Notes: generated from the sequence alone by a model not told the origin. A stretch of DNA of 63,966 nt, filler included, from Octopus bimaculoides (GCF_001194135.2; 10 parts of 10 records of this genome joined end to end with filler, not necessarily neighbours in it), one strand, 5' to 3'. Shown: positions 15,060 to 26,365, counted from the whole stretch's first letter. Made by a program: numbers and translations.

Positions 15060-15144
<85 letters not shown>

Positions 15145-15471
15145 NNNNNNNNNNNNNNNNNNNNNNNNNNNNNNNNNNNNNNNNNNNNNNNNNNNNNNNN
15201 NNNNNNNNNNNNNNNNNNNNNNNNNNNNNNNNNNNNNNNNNNNNNNNNNNNNNNNNNNNNNNNNNNNNNNNNNNNNNNNNNNNNNNNNNNNNNNNNNNNN
15301 NNNNNNNNNNNNNNNNNNNNNNNNNNNNNNNNNNNNNNNNNNNNNNNNNNNNNNNNNNNNNNNNNNNNNNNNNNNNNNNNNNNNNNNNNNNNNNNNNNNN
15401 NNNNNNNNNNNNNNNNNNNNNNNNNNNNNNNNNNNNNNNNNNNNNNNNNNNNNNNNNNNNNNNNNNNNNNN

Positions 15472-16532
15472 NATATATATATATATAACAATGGACGTCT
15501 GTGTGTCTATGCATGCATTTCTACAGTTTTCAACCGATTTTCACCAAACTTTACACACAGATAATGCTAGAATTCGGGAAAAAATGTATTTTACACAGGT
15601 GTTTCTCTAAAAACTGCAGTTTTCAACCGATCCTCTCCTTTTTCTCATGCTCTCTTTCTCTTGCTTATATATATTCTATCCCACATATATTATACCCCAC
15701 AGTAATAGTTCCTCTCTCTGTGTCTATGTCTTCTTTCCTGCCTTCTTTCTCCTACTTTCTATCTTTCATTCTTTTTTCTTTCTTTCTCTCTCTTCCTTTC
15801 TTTCAATCTTGCTTGCCTTCCGTCCTTCTTTTCTGCCTTCCTTCCTTCCTTCCATCCTTCCTTCCGAATTTCTTTCTTTCTTTCTTTCTGTCTTTCGTTC
15901 TTTACTTCTTTCTTTCTCCATCCCACTTTCTTTCTCCCTCTTTATTTATTTATTTCGATCTTTCCCTCTTTCTTTTTTCTTTCTTTCATTCTCTTTTTTC
16001 TTGCTTTCTTTCTTTTTCTCTCCTTCCCTCTTACTTTCTCCCTCCTTCCCTCTTCCTTTAACCCTCCTTCTTTATTTTCTTTCTTTCTTTCTTTCTTTCT
16101 TTCTGCCTCCCTCTTCTTTTCTCTCTCCTTCCCTCCCTCTTTATTTCTTTCTTCCTCCATCTTTCGTCCTTTCTTTCTTTCTACCTTTCCTTCTTTCTTT
16201 CGTTGTTTCCCTCTTTCTTTCTTCCTCCCTCTTTTTTTCTCCCTCCTTTCTCCCTTCCTCATTCCTTCTCCCTCTTTCTTTCTTTCTTTCTTTCTTTCTG
16301 TCTCATCCATCTTTTTCTTTCTTTCTCCATCCCTTCTTCTTTCTTTCTATCTTTTTTTCTTTCTCATCACTTCTTTCTTTCTCCCTCCCTCTTTCTTTCT
16401 AATCTTTCTTTCTTCCTTTGTGTTCGACTAAAGGCGGTGATCCAGCATGGCCACAGTCAAGTGACTGAAACAAGTAAAAGAATAAAAGACTATGCCATTT
16501 TAATCCCGAGCAACGCCGGGTATCTCTGCTAG
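15472..16532 (+). mobile_element. Non-autonomous Helitron-like element with CT-rich interior
   Basis: 3' hairpin cccgagcaacgccggg plus CTAG at 16505-16532. 5'-type sequence atatataacaatggacgtctgtgtg follows the gap. The interior is low-complexity CT plus a SINE tail; linkage of the two ends is inferred. Confidence 0.4.
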
Positions 16533-16539
16533 GTACGAA

Positions 16540-16950
16540 TAAATGTGGCCGACACTTCACCAAAGTCTTGGTATCTGCCTTTAGCAGATCATCCCCCTTA
16601 TTTCATATTTCAGGTGCAGTAGATATCTGCTAAGGAGCCTCCAAACAAGTATGGCATATAAAATAAAGCTCGTGCGAAAAACCATCCAAAAGAGGCGATT
16701 TCTCCCCTTGCGCTCATCATCGCATCCCATATTTCAGCGGCCGTTATTGGCGTTTTGCAACGCTTTGCTTTCCTTGCCGTCAAGAGGCATTGACATCCAC
16801 CCTTAGTTCTGTTCTACCATTCGCCTCAAATAGTTGAGCGAAGTGTTTCTGAAATACAACAAACATATGACGATATATAGCTGAGGAATCAACAGCCCGT
16901 ATCATGTTGCCCACACCATTCAGCATTAGAGGTGAAAACACGTTGAAACC
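16540..16950 (-). mobile_element. L1/Tx1-type LINE ORF2 fragment (linker to RT start)
   Basis: Minus frames give FQKHFAQLFE and TPITAAEIWDAMMSARG...MPYLFGGSLADIYC, a decayed ITxxEI...K(S/A)PGxDG pre-RT region. Confidence 0.65.
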
Positions 16951-17532
16951 TCTCATTGAACCAATTTATCAAGCAACTGGGAACTGCTTCATTATTATCA
17001 CTGTTGTCTGGGATAAATTTGGGACTGGTGATTTTCTAAGAGCCTGACTCCTGAACATATATCTATTAAAATTCCCACCTTTATTTGAATGTATCTGCAC
17101 TTTGCGGGTTATAAAAAAGCTGGTTATATTCCCGATTACTAAAATAACAATAGAAACGTGTATCATCAGAAGCAACTTTAGCTTGACTGTTATTAATGAG
17201 AAATTAAGCTGTGTTTAGATTGCTTTCCTCTCTACATGTAACTCAACGACAGAAATATATTAATATATTAAAACTATGAAAATGTATAAACTAAGCAAAT
17301 AAAACCACATATACAGAAACAAATAAATCTACAAAGGATGTCACCTTCAACGAGATATGTTATGGAAATCACAATGAGAAGGTGCACAGATCGACTTTTG
17401 TGCCGGGAGCGTTGCGAAATCCTGTACGTAAATATTGCTGATCTGTACAATTCAGGTTCACTGTACATTAAGAACCAGTCATATATACCGACTCCAACAA
17501 AACAAATAACATTTTACTAAACAGAAAATAAT

Positions 17533-17890
17533 CAGGCGTGGCTGTGTGGTAAGAAGATTCTTTCCCAACAAAACGGTTCCGCGTTCACTCTCATTGCGTG
17601 GAAACTCGGGCCGACTAAATCCTTGTGGATGGATTTTGTAGAGGAAATTGAAAGAAGCCCACCGTACATATATCTCTGTGTTTATATCGTTGAGTCTGTG
17701 TTTGCTTCCAAATCTGCTTGACAACCACTGTTTTTTGTGTTTACGTTCCCGTAACTTATTGGTTTGAGAAAAATCGACCAATAGAATATGGAACAGGCTT
17801 TTAAAAAAATGAGCACTGGGCTCGATTCATTAGACTAAAATTACTCAAGGCGGTGCCCCAGCATGGCCGCAGTTTGAAACAAGTAAAAGC
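17533..17890 (+). mobile_element. tRNA-derived SINE, near full length
   Basis: Head ggctgtgtggtaag, tail aaggcggtgccccagcatggccgcag...aaacaagtaaaag. Confidence 0.8.
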
Positions 17891-18675
17891 TAGATGATAA
17901 AAGATAAAATATATATACAGCAAAGCAGCTTTATTTATTTATTTATTTTCCTTTCAATCATCTAGTCATTACTGCTTTTACATTTATCACTTAATTCCGC
18001 CACCAGTTTCGTTACTTATACCAACAATGCATATGCAATAGCGTGACAAATATCCATTGTGTTTCAATGAATGAACGTCACGTGCAAACTGTCTTGAAAC
18101 ATTTACGTTCTGGTAATTCAATCTCACTTGAAAGATTTCCGTCCATTTGCACTATTGGCGCCATGAGCAAAAACGGCGTATTTAGTCAGTCTTACCACGC
18201 ACCCCTCCACAACTCTTAATCAGAGCGCCATCACCACTTCTCTCATCATTATCATTTCTGAGTGCACAATCTGAATCACTGCCATATCGAATTCCACCAA
18301 TATCTCTCCTCCCTCTACTACTATAACTATCCCCCACTAACACTGCTACTATTATCATATTATGCATACTTGTTTCCAATCCTATCAACATCATCAAATA
18401 TGCTTAATGCCTCCCGCCACCACCATGGTTATAATCGCCCTTAGAACACATCATCGCATCTTCTCCATCACACCTACCACCAAATCATTACCAATACTAC
18501 CGCTGCAGCTACTTCCCTCACCGCTAACACTATCATACAACCACCAGTACCACAACTGATGCCATCGTGATAACGTAATATTATTAAACCATCACCAGAG
18601 TGCGGTAAATTTCATGAGTCCCAGCTGTTTCGTATTAACCTTCTCATAATTTATACCAAAATTATACAATGATGG

Positions 18676-18708
<33 letters not shown>

Positions 18709-19164
18709 GGATGATTATGATGGTGGTGGTGGTGGTGATGATGATGGTAGTGCGTCGGTCGTGATGCCTCTTCTACCTACTTCTTATTTGGCCCGTAGCT
18801 TACTCTATGACTCTTTTCGAATATCTGCAAATAGCTCTCTTAAGGAGCGCTCCGCCAAAGTTTCTTGACAACGACCTCCGTTAATTACCACCTAAAGAAA
18901 TGCTTTTTTCCTGTCACTGTAAAATTTATATGTCGGAAACGACGCATTCATCTTCCAGTAGCTAAGTCCTTTCTATGCGTTCTCCCTAGGTCGAGTGTGC
19001 ATGACATAGATTTTTGTTAGTGTAGTGAACTGTAATTGTTCGAAAACCTAAAATAAAAGCAAAGTTTCTATGTACATAAATGTAGCAAACTTGAAACACA
19101 TACCCTATGTCGAACTGATGCATTCTGGAAATTCAGGCGGTACCAAGCTGATAACCTCTTACAT

Positions 19165-20910
19165 GGTTGAAATTTACAGAAAAACAAAAGATAAAGACAG
19201 GTGTATAAACAACAAGCAGTTGTATTAGTTTGACACTCGCGAAGGTGAGAAAAATCTTTTACGTTTGGAGCCTACGATCTTCAAAAGAAAGGAAAACGAG
19301 GAAATAAACAAAGAGAGAATAAAAAACTTTTTCAGTTAGCGGTCAATCATGGCGACTGGCTGGACAAAGTTAGACAGGAGACCCATGAAGAAGTGGAGAT
19401 AATAACGTATTTATGATCTTAAAACGAAGGTGCATGTGCGTTTGTGGATGAGTGTGTGTGTATGTTTGTGGATTGGGACTGGTGATTTTGACGTCTGGAT
19501 GTGTGCGTGTGTAAGTGTGTGCGTCTGTGATGTGTGGGAGCTGGGAAGTGGGCAGTGCTAGAGTGTACGAGGTGGTGTGATGTGGTGTAGTGGTGTGATG
19601 TGGTGTGGTGGTGTGTGGTGTGGCGGTGTTAGTGCGTGGTCAAGTGAGATTGGGGTGCGAGTTTGGCGTGACGATGTGGGAGTGGGATGTGTAAGGGTAG
19701 CGTTTGTAGGAGTGGGATGTGTAGGGTCCACGGAATGTGCTCTGCCAAGGGCTGTGTGGATAGTGGTAAGCGGATATCCATGAAGGATGAAGTGCCGAGC
19801 CATGAGGTGAGACTGAGTCTCAAAGTCATGATTGTCACTGCAGAGCCTGCACAGACGAAGAAATTGAGAGTAGGTTATGAAGAGCTTTGTGTGAGTAGGG
19901 GAGAAGTTGAAGTTGTGTGAGTAGGGGAGAAGAGTGAGGAGGAGGAGAAGTTGAGGTACGAGTGTAAGTTGGTGTGTTTGTAGTGGATGGAGATAGTGAG
20001 AGCGGAGTTGTGTATGTTGACCGAAATGTCAAGAAAAGCAACGGAAGTGATGCAAATAGTGTAGGAGAATTCGAGGGCAGGATGGAAGGATTGGACGAAA
20101 GAGAGGAAGAGGTCTAGTTATTCGCTGGAGAGCGAGATTGTACCGATACAGTCATCAATATAACGACACTGTAGTTCGGGAGTGGGACCAGTGAATCTTG
20201 AAAATATTTGGGCCTCAACGCAGTCAACGAACAGGTTCGCATAGTTGGGGCCCATTCTCGTTCCAATGACTACTCCCGAGCAATGTTGGTAAAACTCCAC
20301 CGCGAACGAGAAGCAGTTGAGGGAGAGAACACGTTCGACCAGACGAACGAGTATGGATGTGTCAGGCTGGGGGTTGGGTCGAAGGTTTTGGATGTGTTTG
20401 AGGGTAAGAAGTCCTTAGTGGTGCGGGGTTACCGTATATAGACTCTTGATATCAAGAGTGAAGAGAAGTTTAGAGGGGCAAGGATTGAAAGAGAAAGAGT
20501 TGAAGAGACGAATAGTATGGTTAGTGTTGTGGATGTGTGAGGGAAGGGAGCCACTAGTGGGGCAAGAACACTGTCGAGGTATTTAGAGATTAGTTCCGTG
20601 GGGCAGTTACAGGCGGAAAGGATGAGTTTGTAGATTTGGGGAAGGAATTAAATAATGGGGGACCAAAGAGTACGGACAATGAGGTTAGAGGTGGGGTGTT
20701 GTGGAATAGTACCTATAGACTGAAACGGCGCAGAAAGCTATGAATATTATCACGGGTCTGAAATTCGTTACTGGATGGAGTGAGTGGGGTGAAACGCAGA
20801 CCCCTACTGAGAAGAGAGCGCTCTGCCTCAGAGAGGGGAAGATCAGGAGGAATGGCAACAACAGACTGAAGTTGGGAGGGGTGAGTGTGTTAGGTGTGGG
20901 AGGGGTGGTG
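19165..20910 (-). mobile_element. Penelope-like retroelement, Neptune/Penelope-type RT, degenerate
   Basis: LSEAERSLLSRGLRFTP; ACNCPTELISKYLDSVL; TLDIKSLYT; YQHCSGVVIGTRMGPNYANLF...RYIDD; FILHGYPLTTIHTAL. No GIY-YIG seen downstream. Confidence 0.85.
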
Positions 20911-21113
20911 GGATATATATACAAACATATATATATATATATATATATATATGCATATATGTATATANNNNNNNNNNNNNNNNNNNNNNNNNNNNNNNNN
21001 NNNNNNNNNNNNNNNNNNNNNNNNNNNNNNNNNNNNNNNNNNNNNNNNNNNNNNNNNNNNNNNNNNNNNNNNNNNNNNNNNNNNNNNNNNNNNNNNNNNN
21101 NNNNNNNNNNNNN

Positions 21114-21484
21114 GACTGTCTGTAGGAAGGTTATTTATCTAATTTCAGTGGAATCTATCCACTGGTTTTCAGAAATAGAGTTATTAATATTTGTAAGTGT
21201 CTCTAAAGGAGACTACGGCAGCGGTACTGGAAATTAATAGTTATCGCCAAGCCAACATGGCAGTCCCAAAATTAAGACGAATGCTACCGGCCTCTTGGAG
21301 CTAATTCACGGTAGCATTCGTCCTAATTTGGGGACTGCCATGTTGGCTTGGCGATAACTATTAATTTCCAGTACCGCTGCCGTAGTCTCCTTTAGAGACA
21401 CTTACAAATATTAATAACTCTATTTCTGAAAACCAGTGGATAGATTCCACTGAAATTAGATAAATAACCTTCCTACAGACAGTC
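21114..21484. repeat. Near-perfect palindrome: 176-bp arms, 19-nt loop
   Basis: 21114-21289 is the reverse complement of 21309-21484, with 2 mismatches by manual comparison. Confidence 0.9.
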
Positions 21485-21730
21485 AGTAGCAACGCCTGCT
21501 GGGGCTTGGCTGCTCTGCATTGACAAGGGACAACACACTGAAACTAGTATAGTCTGCAGATGCCAAACCAGCAAGGGGAAGCTGCTGACCTCCCCTGTTT
21601 GAAGGTTATAATGGACACAGCATTCGTGTGTCACATAGCTAGCTAGAGGCGATGGCCACTTGGAGCTAATTCACGGTAGCATTCGTCCTAATTTTGGGAC
21701 TGCCATGTTGGCTTGGCGATAACTATTAAT
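21289..21730 (+). repeat. Partial tandem repeat, period 365 bp
   Basis: 21289-21365 is repeated at 21654-21730 (ggcc.cttggagctaattcacggtagc...aactattaat). Confidence 0.85.
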
Positions 21731-22515
21731 AATAAAATAATAAGTTTGTATATAATCCATTTTCTATAATCATTCAACTGAAAATAATAAAACGGAGATA
21801 CAACATTTAATAACAATTTATTATCAACAAAACACAAACATAGTCCCTTACAGTAGTTTCAATTAAGCCCGATAGAGTTTAAATAAATATTATTAAAATC
21901 ATTTCCGGCAAAACCTCTTCAGAAGGGGACAAAGAAGATATACTCTTGGGTTTTTTTGTTTTGTATTTTNNNNNNNNNNNNNNNNNNNNNNNNNNNNNNN
22001 NNNNNNNNNNNNNTTAATTAATTAANNNNNNNNNNNNNNNNNNNNNNNNNNNNNNNNNNNNNNNNNNNNTATATATATATATATATGCATATATATACAC
22101 ATATGTGTACACACAAGCACAGATATATGAACGTAGATGTACACATACATACATATACATATACATACATACATACACACATATACATATTTACAAACAT
22201 ATGCACATATATGTCTGCAGACATATGTACACATCCATTTCTATAAATATAAATATCATTATGTATATGATTGTATGAATATATTCCAGGGAGGACTTGT
22301 AAAATAAACAAATGTGGTATTAAAAATAAAGTTAAAGTTAGTTGCAATTATAGAAAAACAAAGAGTTTTCAGGTTAGGATAGAGATGAAAGGAATTTAAT
22401 AAACATGTGGTATTATATATATATATATATGTATTAATAGTAATGATAAGACAACAAAAGAATGAATGAGACCTCGATATTATGTAAATAGAGGAAATTT
22501 ATCTGTAATATATGT

Positions 22516-22589
22516 AACAATTATTCGGTTGCTGACTCCAAGTTTCGGATGTCGAGGCGGAAAACTGCTCCGACGTTTCGTCAGTTGTC
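22516..22589 (-). ncRNA. Type I hammerhead-ribozyme-like motif at the 3' end of the Naiad element
   Basis: gacaa-CTGACGA-...gtcg/cgac...-GAAA-cttgg...ccgaa-TAA-ttgtt. Stems I-III are identifiable but the junctions are non-canonical. Confidence 0.45.
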
Positions 22590-23373
22590 GAGGCAATCAA
22601 AAGATGCTATGAAAATGACCGTTAAACAAAGGGAACTTACTATATAATTGACCGTTATTAAGACAAAAGAGCTATTAGAATGACAATTAAATAAGGGGGA
22701 AAAAACCGAAGGGGAGTAAGTAAACAAGTAAGGAAGTAAAAATTCTCATAGAAATCGCGTAAGCGCGCATGTACATACATACCACATGCGCGCAGGTGTA
22801 TGTAATAATGAAAAGAGGTAGTTTACCAATGTATAGTAACTACTTAATCGAGTAAATGGGTTTATGTGGGATGGGGGCTATCCAAAACCCTATGAAACGC
22901 AGATTGACTTACCATTTTTTTAAGGAACAGAGATAAGAGCAATTCCACCAGTCTAAGTAAATATATATGTTATTTCTGATGTTATTATTAGCGCTAATAT
23001 TACTGTTATTATTATTATTATTATAGTTATTACCATTATTATTTTTTCTATTGAAGTAGAAAGTGTTGAGTTTTTTTATTAGTCATGGAAGAGATGATAG
23101 TAGCTACGTTATGCGTCAGGCTATTTTTGATTTGCATAGCGTATCATTTCCTCGGTTCGCATAATTAGGATTACTATTTGTTAGCCCTTTGCTTTTATTT
23201 GAACAATAATTATTATTGATCTTATATCTATCTCCAATAGTTGTATTATTCACATCAATGATTATGTCTATATTATCATCAATAGTGGAGCTAACGACGG
23301 GTATCTGTTTGGGATTTCTTGTGGTATTTATTTTATCATTATTATATCTATGTGTATTTCTAGGATTTTAAAA

Positions 23374-24555
23374 TTAATTTTTATTTTTATTATGACTGCC
23401 AATGTTCTTATCATAGGAATCCTTAACATTTCCATTATTATAGGGAATATATTTAATTTTATCCTTATAACCTGCATTCTTGAGTGCTACATTATATTTT
23501 TCATTATGCTTAAAGATGGCTTTATTGGCGGATAGATGGGAGATTATTTTGCTGATATTTCTCAAAAGGTCTCTTTTCATTGATTGAGGATGGTTACTAA
23601 AATTATTGATATATCTTAAATTAGAGTTCTTTTTCATATATGGTTCATGTAGTCCAGTATGTAGATTACAATTTTCGTCCAGATAATTAATAAAGTAATT
23701 TTTATTTTCTATAGTAATGGAGAGACCAAATCTACTGAAAAATCTATATAGGCACTTCTTCAATAGTTCTAGGTGCTCATTAGAATAATTTCTAACTATA
23801 AAAAGTGCGTCGTCTCTATACAAACCTCCTCCTAATTCAAGGAATTCTCTATTTATGCTATTCAAAAGGTAAATTCCCACCAAGTCTGTAACCTCAGCCG
23901 AATCCGGCGAGCCCATTGTAATATCAAAGAGATTAGGGGTGTCATTTCTTGCACATAGTTTGTTATCAAATTTAATAATAGATTTACGGGCCGTAAGTAT
24001 AACATTAATTTCTCTCATACTTAAATTAATATATTTTTTAGCGAAAATAAGAGCACTGTTCAAAATAGTGGGATTAATTGAAGAGTAGTAATTTTGTATG
24101 TCTATTCGCAGGAATTTATGTTTATCCTTACTTTGTATAGTGGAGAACCAGTCCAATGCACTTTGGGTGTTATTCCATAGTTGTAGCTTATTTTTGTTCT
24201 TTAGTGTTGGTAAGTATTTACCTAAAATTACCTTATTGAGTTTACCTATGTCTGATTTATTGGGACATATTAATCTAACTTGCGTTTTATCTAGGAAGTT
24301 ATCCTTATAGTTCTTAATTATAATACGGGGTCTGATAGGTGTGAATGGTTCTGTCTTATCATCTAAGCCATAGTCAAACATAATTTTCTTGGCTTCTAAA
24401 TTTATTTTCTTGAGCGTATTATTAGGGACTATCTTATACTTTTTAGTAATTTCCCTTTGGATGAATTCATGGTAGGTATTAGGGTCAATGGTGTAGATGT
24501 TCTTAGTTTTGTCAGAGTGTGTTAGAATTCCATTTTTTTGTATCAAGATCACCAA
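23374..24555 (-). CDS. Uninterrupted PLE reverse transcriptase frame (393 aa)
   Basis: RT motifs DIQNYYSSI, ITMGS and YRDD plus thumb (PYMKKNSNLRYINNFSNHP) in one frame. The natural start is upstream (24938) across frameshifts. Confidence 0.85.
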   Translation of the reverse strand: MVILIQKNGILTHSDKTKNIYTIDPNTYHEFIQREITKKYKIVPNNTLKKINLEAKKIMFDYGLDDKTEPFTPIRPRIIIKNYKDNFLDKTQVRLICPNKSDIGKLNKVILGKYLPTLKNKNKLQLWNNTQSALDWFSTIQSKDKHKFLRIDIQNYYSSINPTILNSALIFAKKYINLSMREINVILTARKSIIKFDNKLCARNDTPNLFDITMGSPDSAEVTDLVGIYLLNSINREFLELGGGLYRDDALFIVRNYSNEHLELLKKCLYRFFSRFGLSITIENKNYFINYLDENCNLHTGLHEPYMKKNSNLRYINNFSNHPQSMKRDLLRNISKIISHLSANKAIFKHNEKYNVALKNAGYKDKIKYIPYNNGNVKDSYDKNIGSHNKNKN

Positions 24556-25578
24556 TCAGGATTTTAAGCTTCCTCTGGTACAGGTTTTGTCTGAGGGGGG
24601 TAGTTCTTAAATATAATGCTTTTAATAATATTCCATAATTCTTGCTCAAAACGTATCGCGGTCCTTGTTAGGTGGTGGTGTTTTTTTTAATTTAAAGATA
24701 TGATTGGTAAGGTCATTATTTTCTGTGTTGCTGGTATTGGAAGTATTGGAGTATTACAAATGCTGTGATCCAACTGTGATAGTTTCCTTTCGTGATGATA
24801 TACTTTCCAGCGGAGCCTGTAATTGAATTCGTTAATTCTAAATAAGACTTCCTTGAGATAAGGGCTTTTAGGAGGTATACGAATGTCTTTAAGCGATGAG
24901 TCTATTTTAATTAACTCCATTTTGCCAGTAGTATTCATCTTAAAGGCATATTTATGTTATCCATGTATAGTTGTATTCACTCACAACTAGTACCTTACAA
25001 AAATAAATAAACAAGCGTTTTATCAATATAATTAAGTATATAGGAGTTAGAGGTTAGACAACCATCTAAGGGATAATAAATATCCAATATACTACTGGAG
25101 GGATACCTATTTATATTCAAAACTTACTGTTGCAAGGCAATAGTACAATTGAATAATAGGTACAAGTGGAGGTAAACAAAAGTTTATCCAGAATTTATAT
25201 AAGGCAAAAAAGAAAATGGAGAAGAGATTCAATTGACAAACATCAGCAAGATTTATTTACTATAATCATAGGAATAAATAGATACAAGCTTTGGAGTTCA
25301 ATTTTTGTATATGTCAACTGTAGCATACTGGATCGCTGAAGTAGCAACAGCTGTAAGAGTGGAGTTGTATTTATTTATTTATTTATTTATTTATTTATTC
25401 CTATGATTATGATAAATAAATCTTACTGATGTTTGTCAACTGAATCGCTTCTCCATTTTCTTCCTTGCCTTTATATATNNNNNNNNNNNNNNNNNNNNNN
25501 NNNNNNNNNNNNNNNNNNNNNNTTAATTAATTAANNNNNNNNNNNNNNNNNNNNNNNNNNNNNNNNNNNNNNNNNNNN

Positions 25579-25944
25579 CCCCAACTATGCTGGATCATAG
25601 ATATAGCATGCCTAGCTGACAACAAGCTATGCGATAAGGAAGAAAAGTCGAGAGATATGATAGGTTAGCTTGGGAAGTTAAGCAGTTGTGGTCGATGAAA
25701 AAAGTAGCAGTAGTACTAATAATTGTCGGGGGAACAGTGAGCAAAAATTCTCGAGAAGTGCGTGGAACAAATAGGGGCTGCAATAAGGGTGGAGCACTTG
25801 CAGAAAACAGCACTGCTTAGAACCGCTCGAATACTCCGGAAGGTGCTCGAAAAATAAGAAGTGTTGCCTTAGTTCACTGGTAGTGAACAACTGACACTGT
25901 AGTACATCTCCAGCGTTAGAAACTGTGCAAAGGCAATAATATTG

Positions 25945-26008
<64 letters not shown>
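25579..26008 (+). mobile_element. R4/Dong (R2/NeSL-group) LINE 3' end: restriction-like endonuclease plus (AAT)n tail
   Basis: CWIIDIACLADNK...RYDRLAWEVKQLWSMKKV...LQKTALLRTARILRKVLE, followed by (AAT)n. Confidence 0.8.
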
Positions 26009-26010
<2 letters not shown>

Positions 26011-26330
26011 CGAATAAGCAAATGCGAGAGGTACTTTGCAATGCAATAATGCTAAATGAATTACATATATATTAGTACTTTCAGATTATTTTATGTACAT
26101 ATTTACATCCGCATACATATATAAACACACACACACACACACACACACACATATGTATACACTCATACACACATAGATATATGCATATATATATATTCTA
26201 TATGTATGTATACATATATGTGTATGTATATATGTGTATGTGTATATATATATACGTATATATATATATATATGTACACATACACTCAAACACATATTCC
26301 TACACATATACATACATACGTATGTATATA

Positions 26331-26365
<35 letters not shown>

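Larger units (their letters stand above)
22432..25478 (-). mobile_element. Naiad-type Penelope-like retroelement, about 3 kb
   Basis: N-terminal SSLKDIRIPPKSPYLKEVLFRINEFNYRLRWKVY, then frameshifts, then DKTKNIY, RLICPNKSDIGK, FDITMGSPDSAEVTDLVGIYLL, GLYRDD, SNHP. These match Naiad/Chlamys-clade PLE motifs. Confidence 0.8.

Noticed and set aside
15501-16402. Hydrophobic 186- and 251-aa ORFs resembling membrane proteins
   Set aside because: CT-rich low-complexity sequence, open in several frames.
16700-16796. TM-like + strand peptide LALIIASHISAAVIGVLQRFAFLAVKRH
   Set aside because: It is the antisense of the L1/Tx1 ORF2 fragment.
21421-21470. CTGAAAA-hairpin-GAAA inside the palindrome arm
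   Set aside because: The core lacks G8 and the stems do not close in hammerhead register.
22600-23374. Selenocysteine/SECIS feature reported for some Naiads
   Set aside because: No endonuclease domain with an in-frame TGA and no SECIS-like hairpin could be identified.
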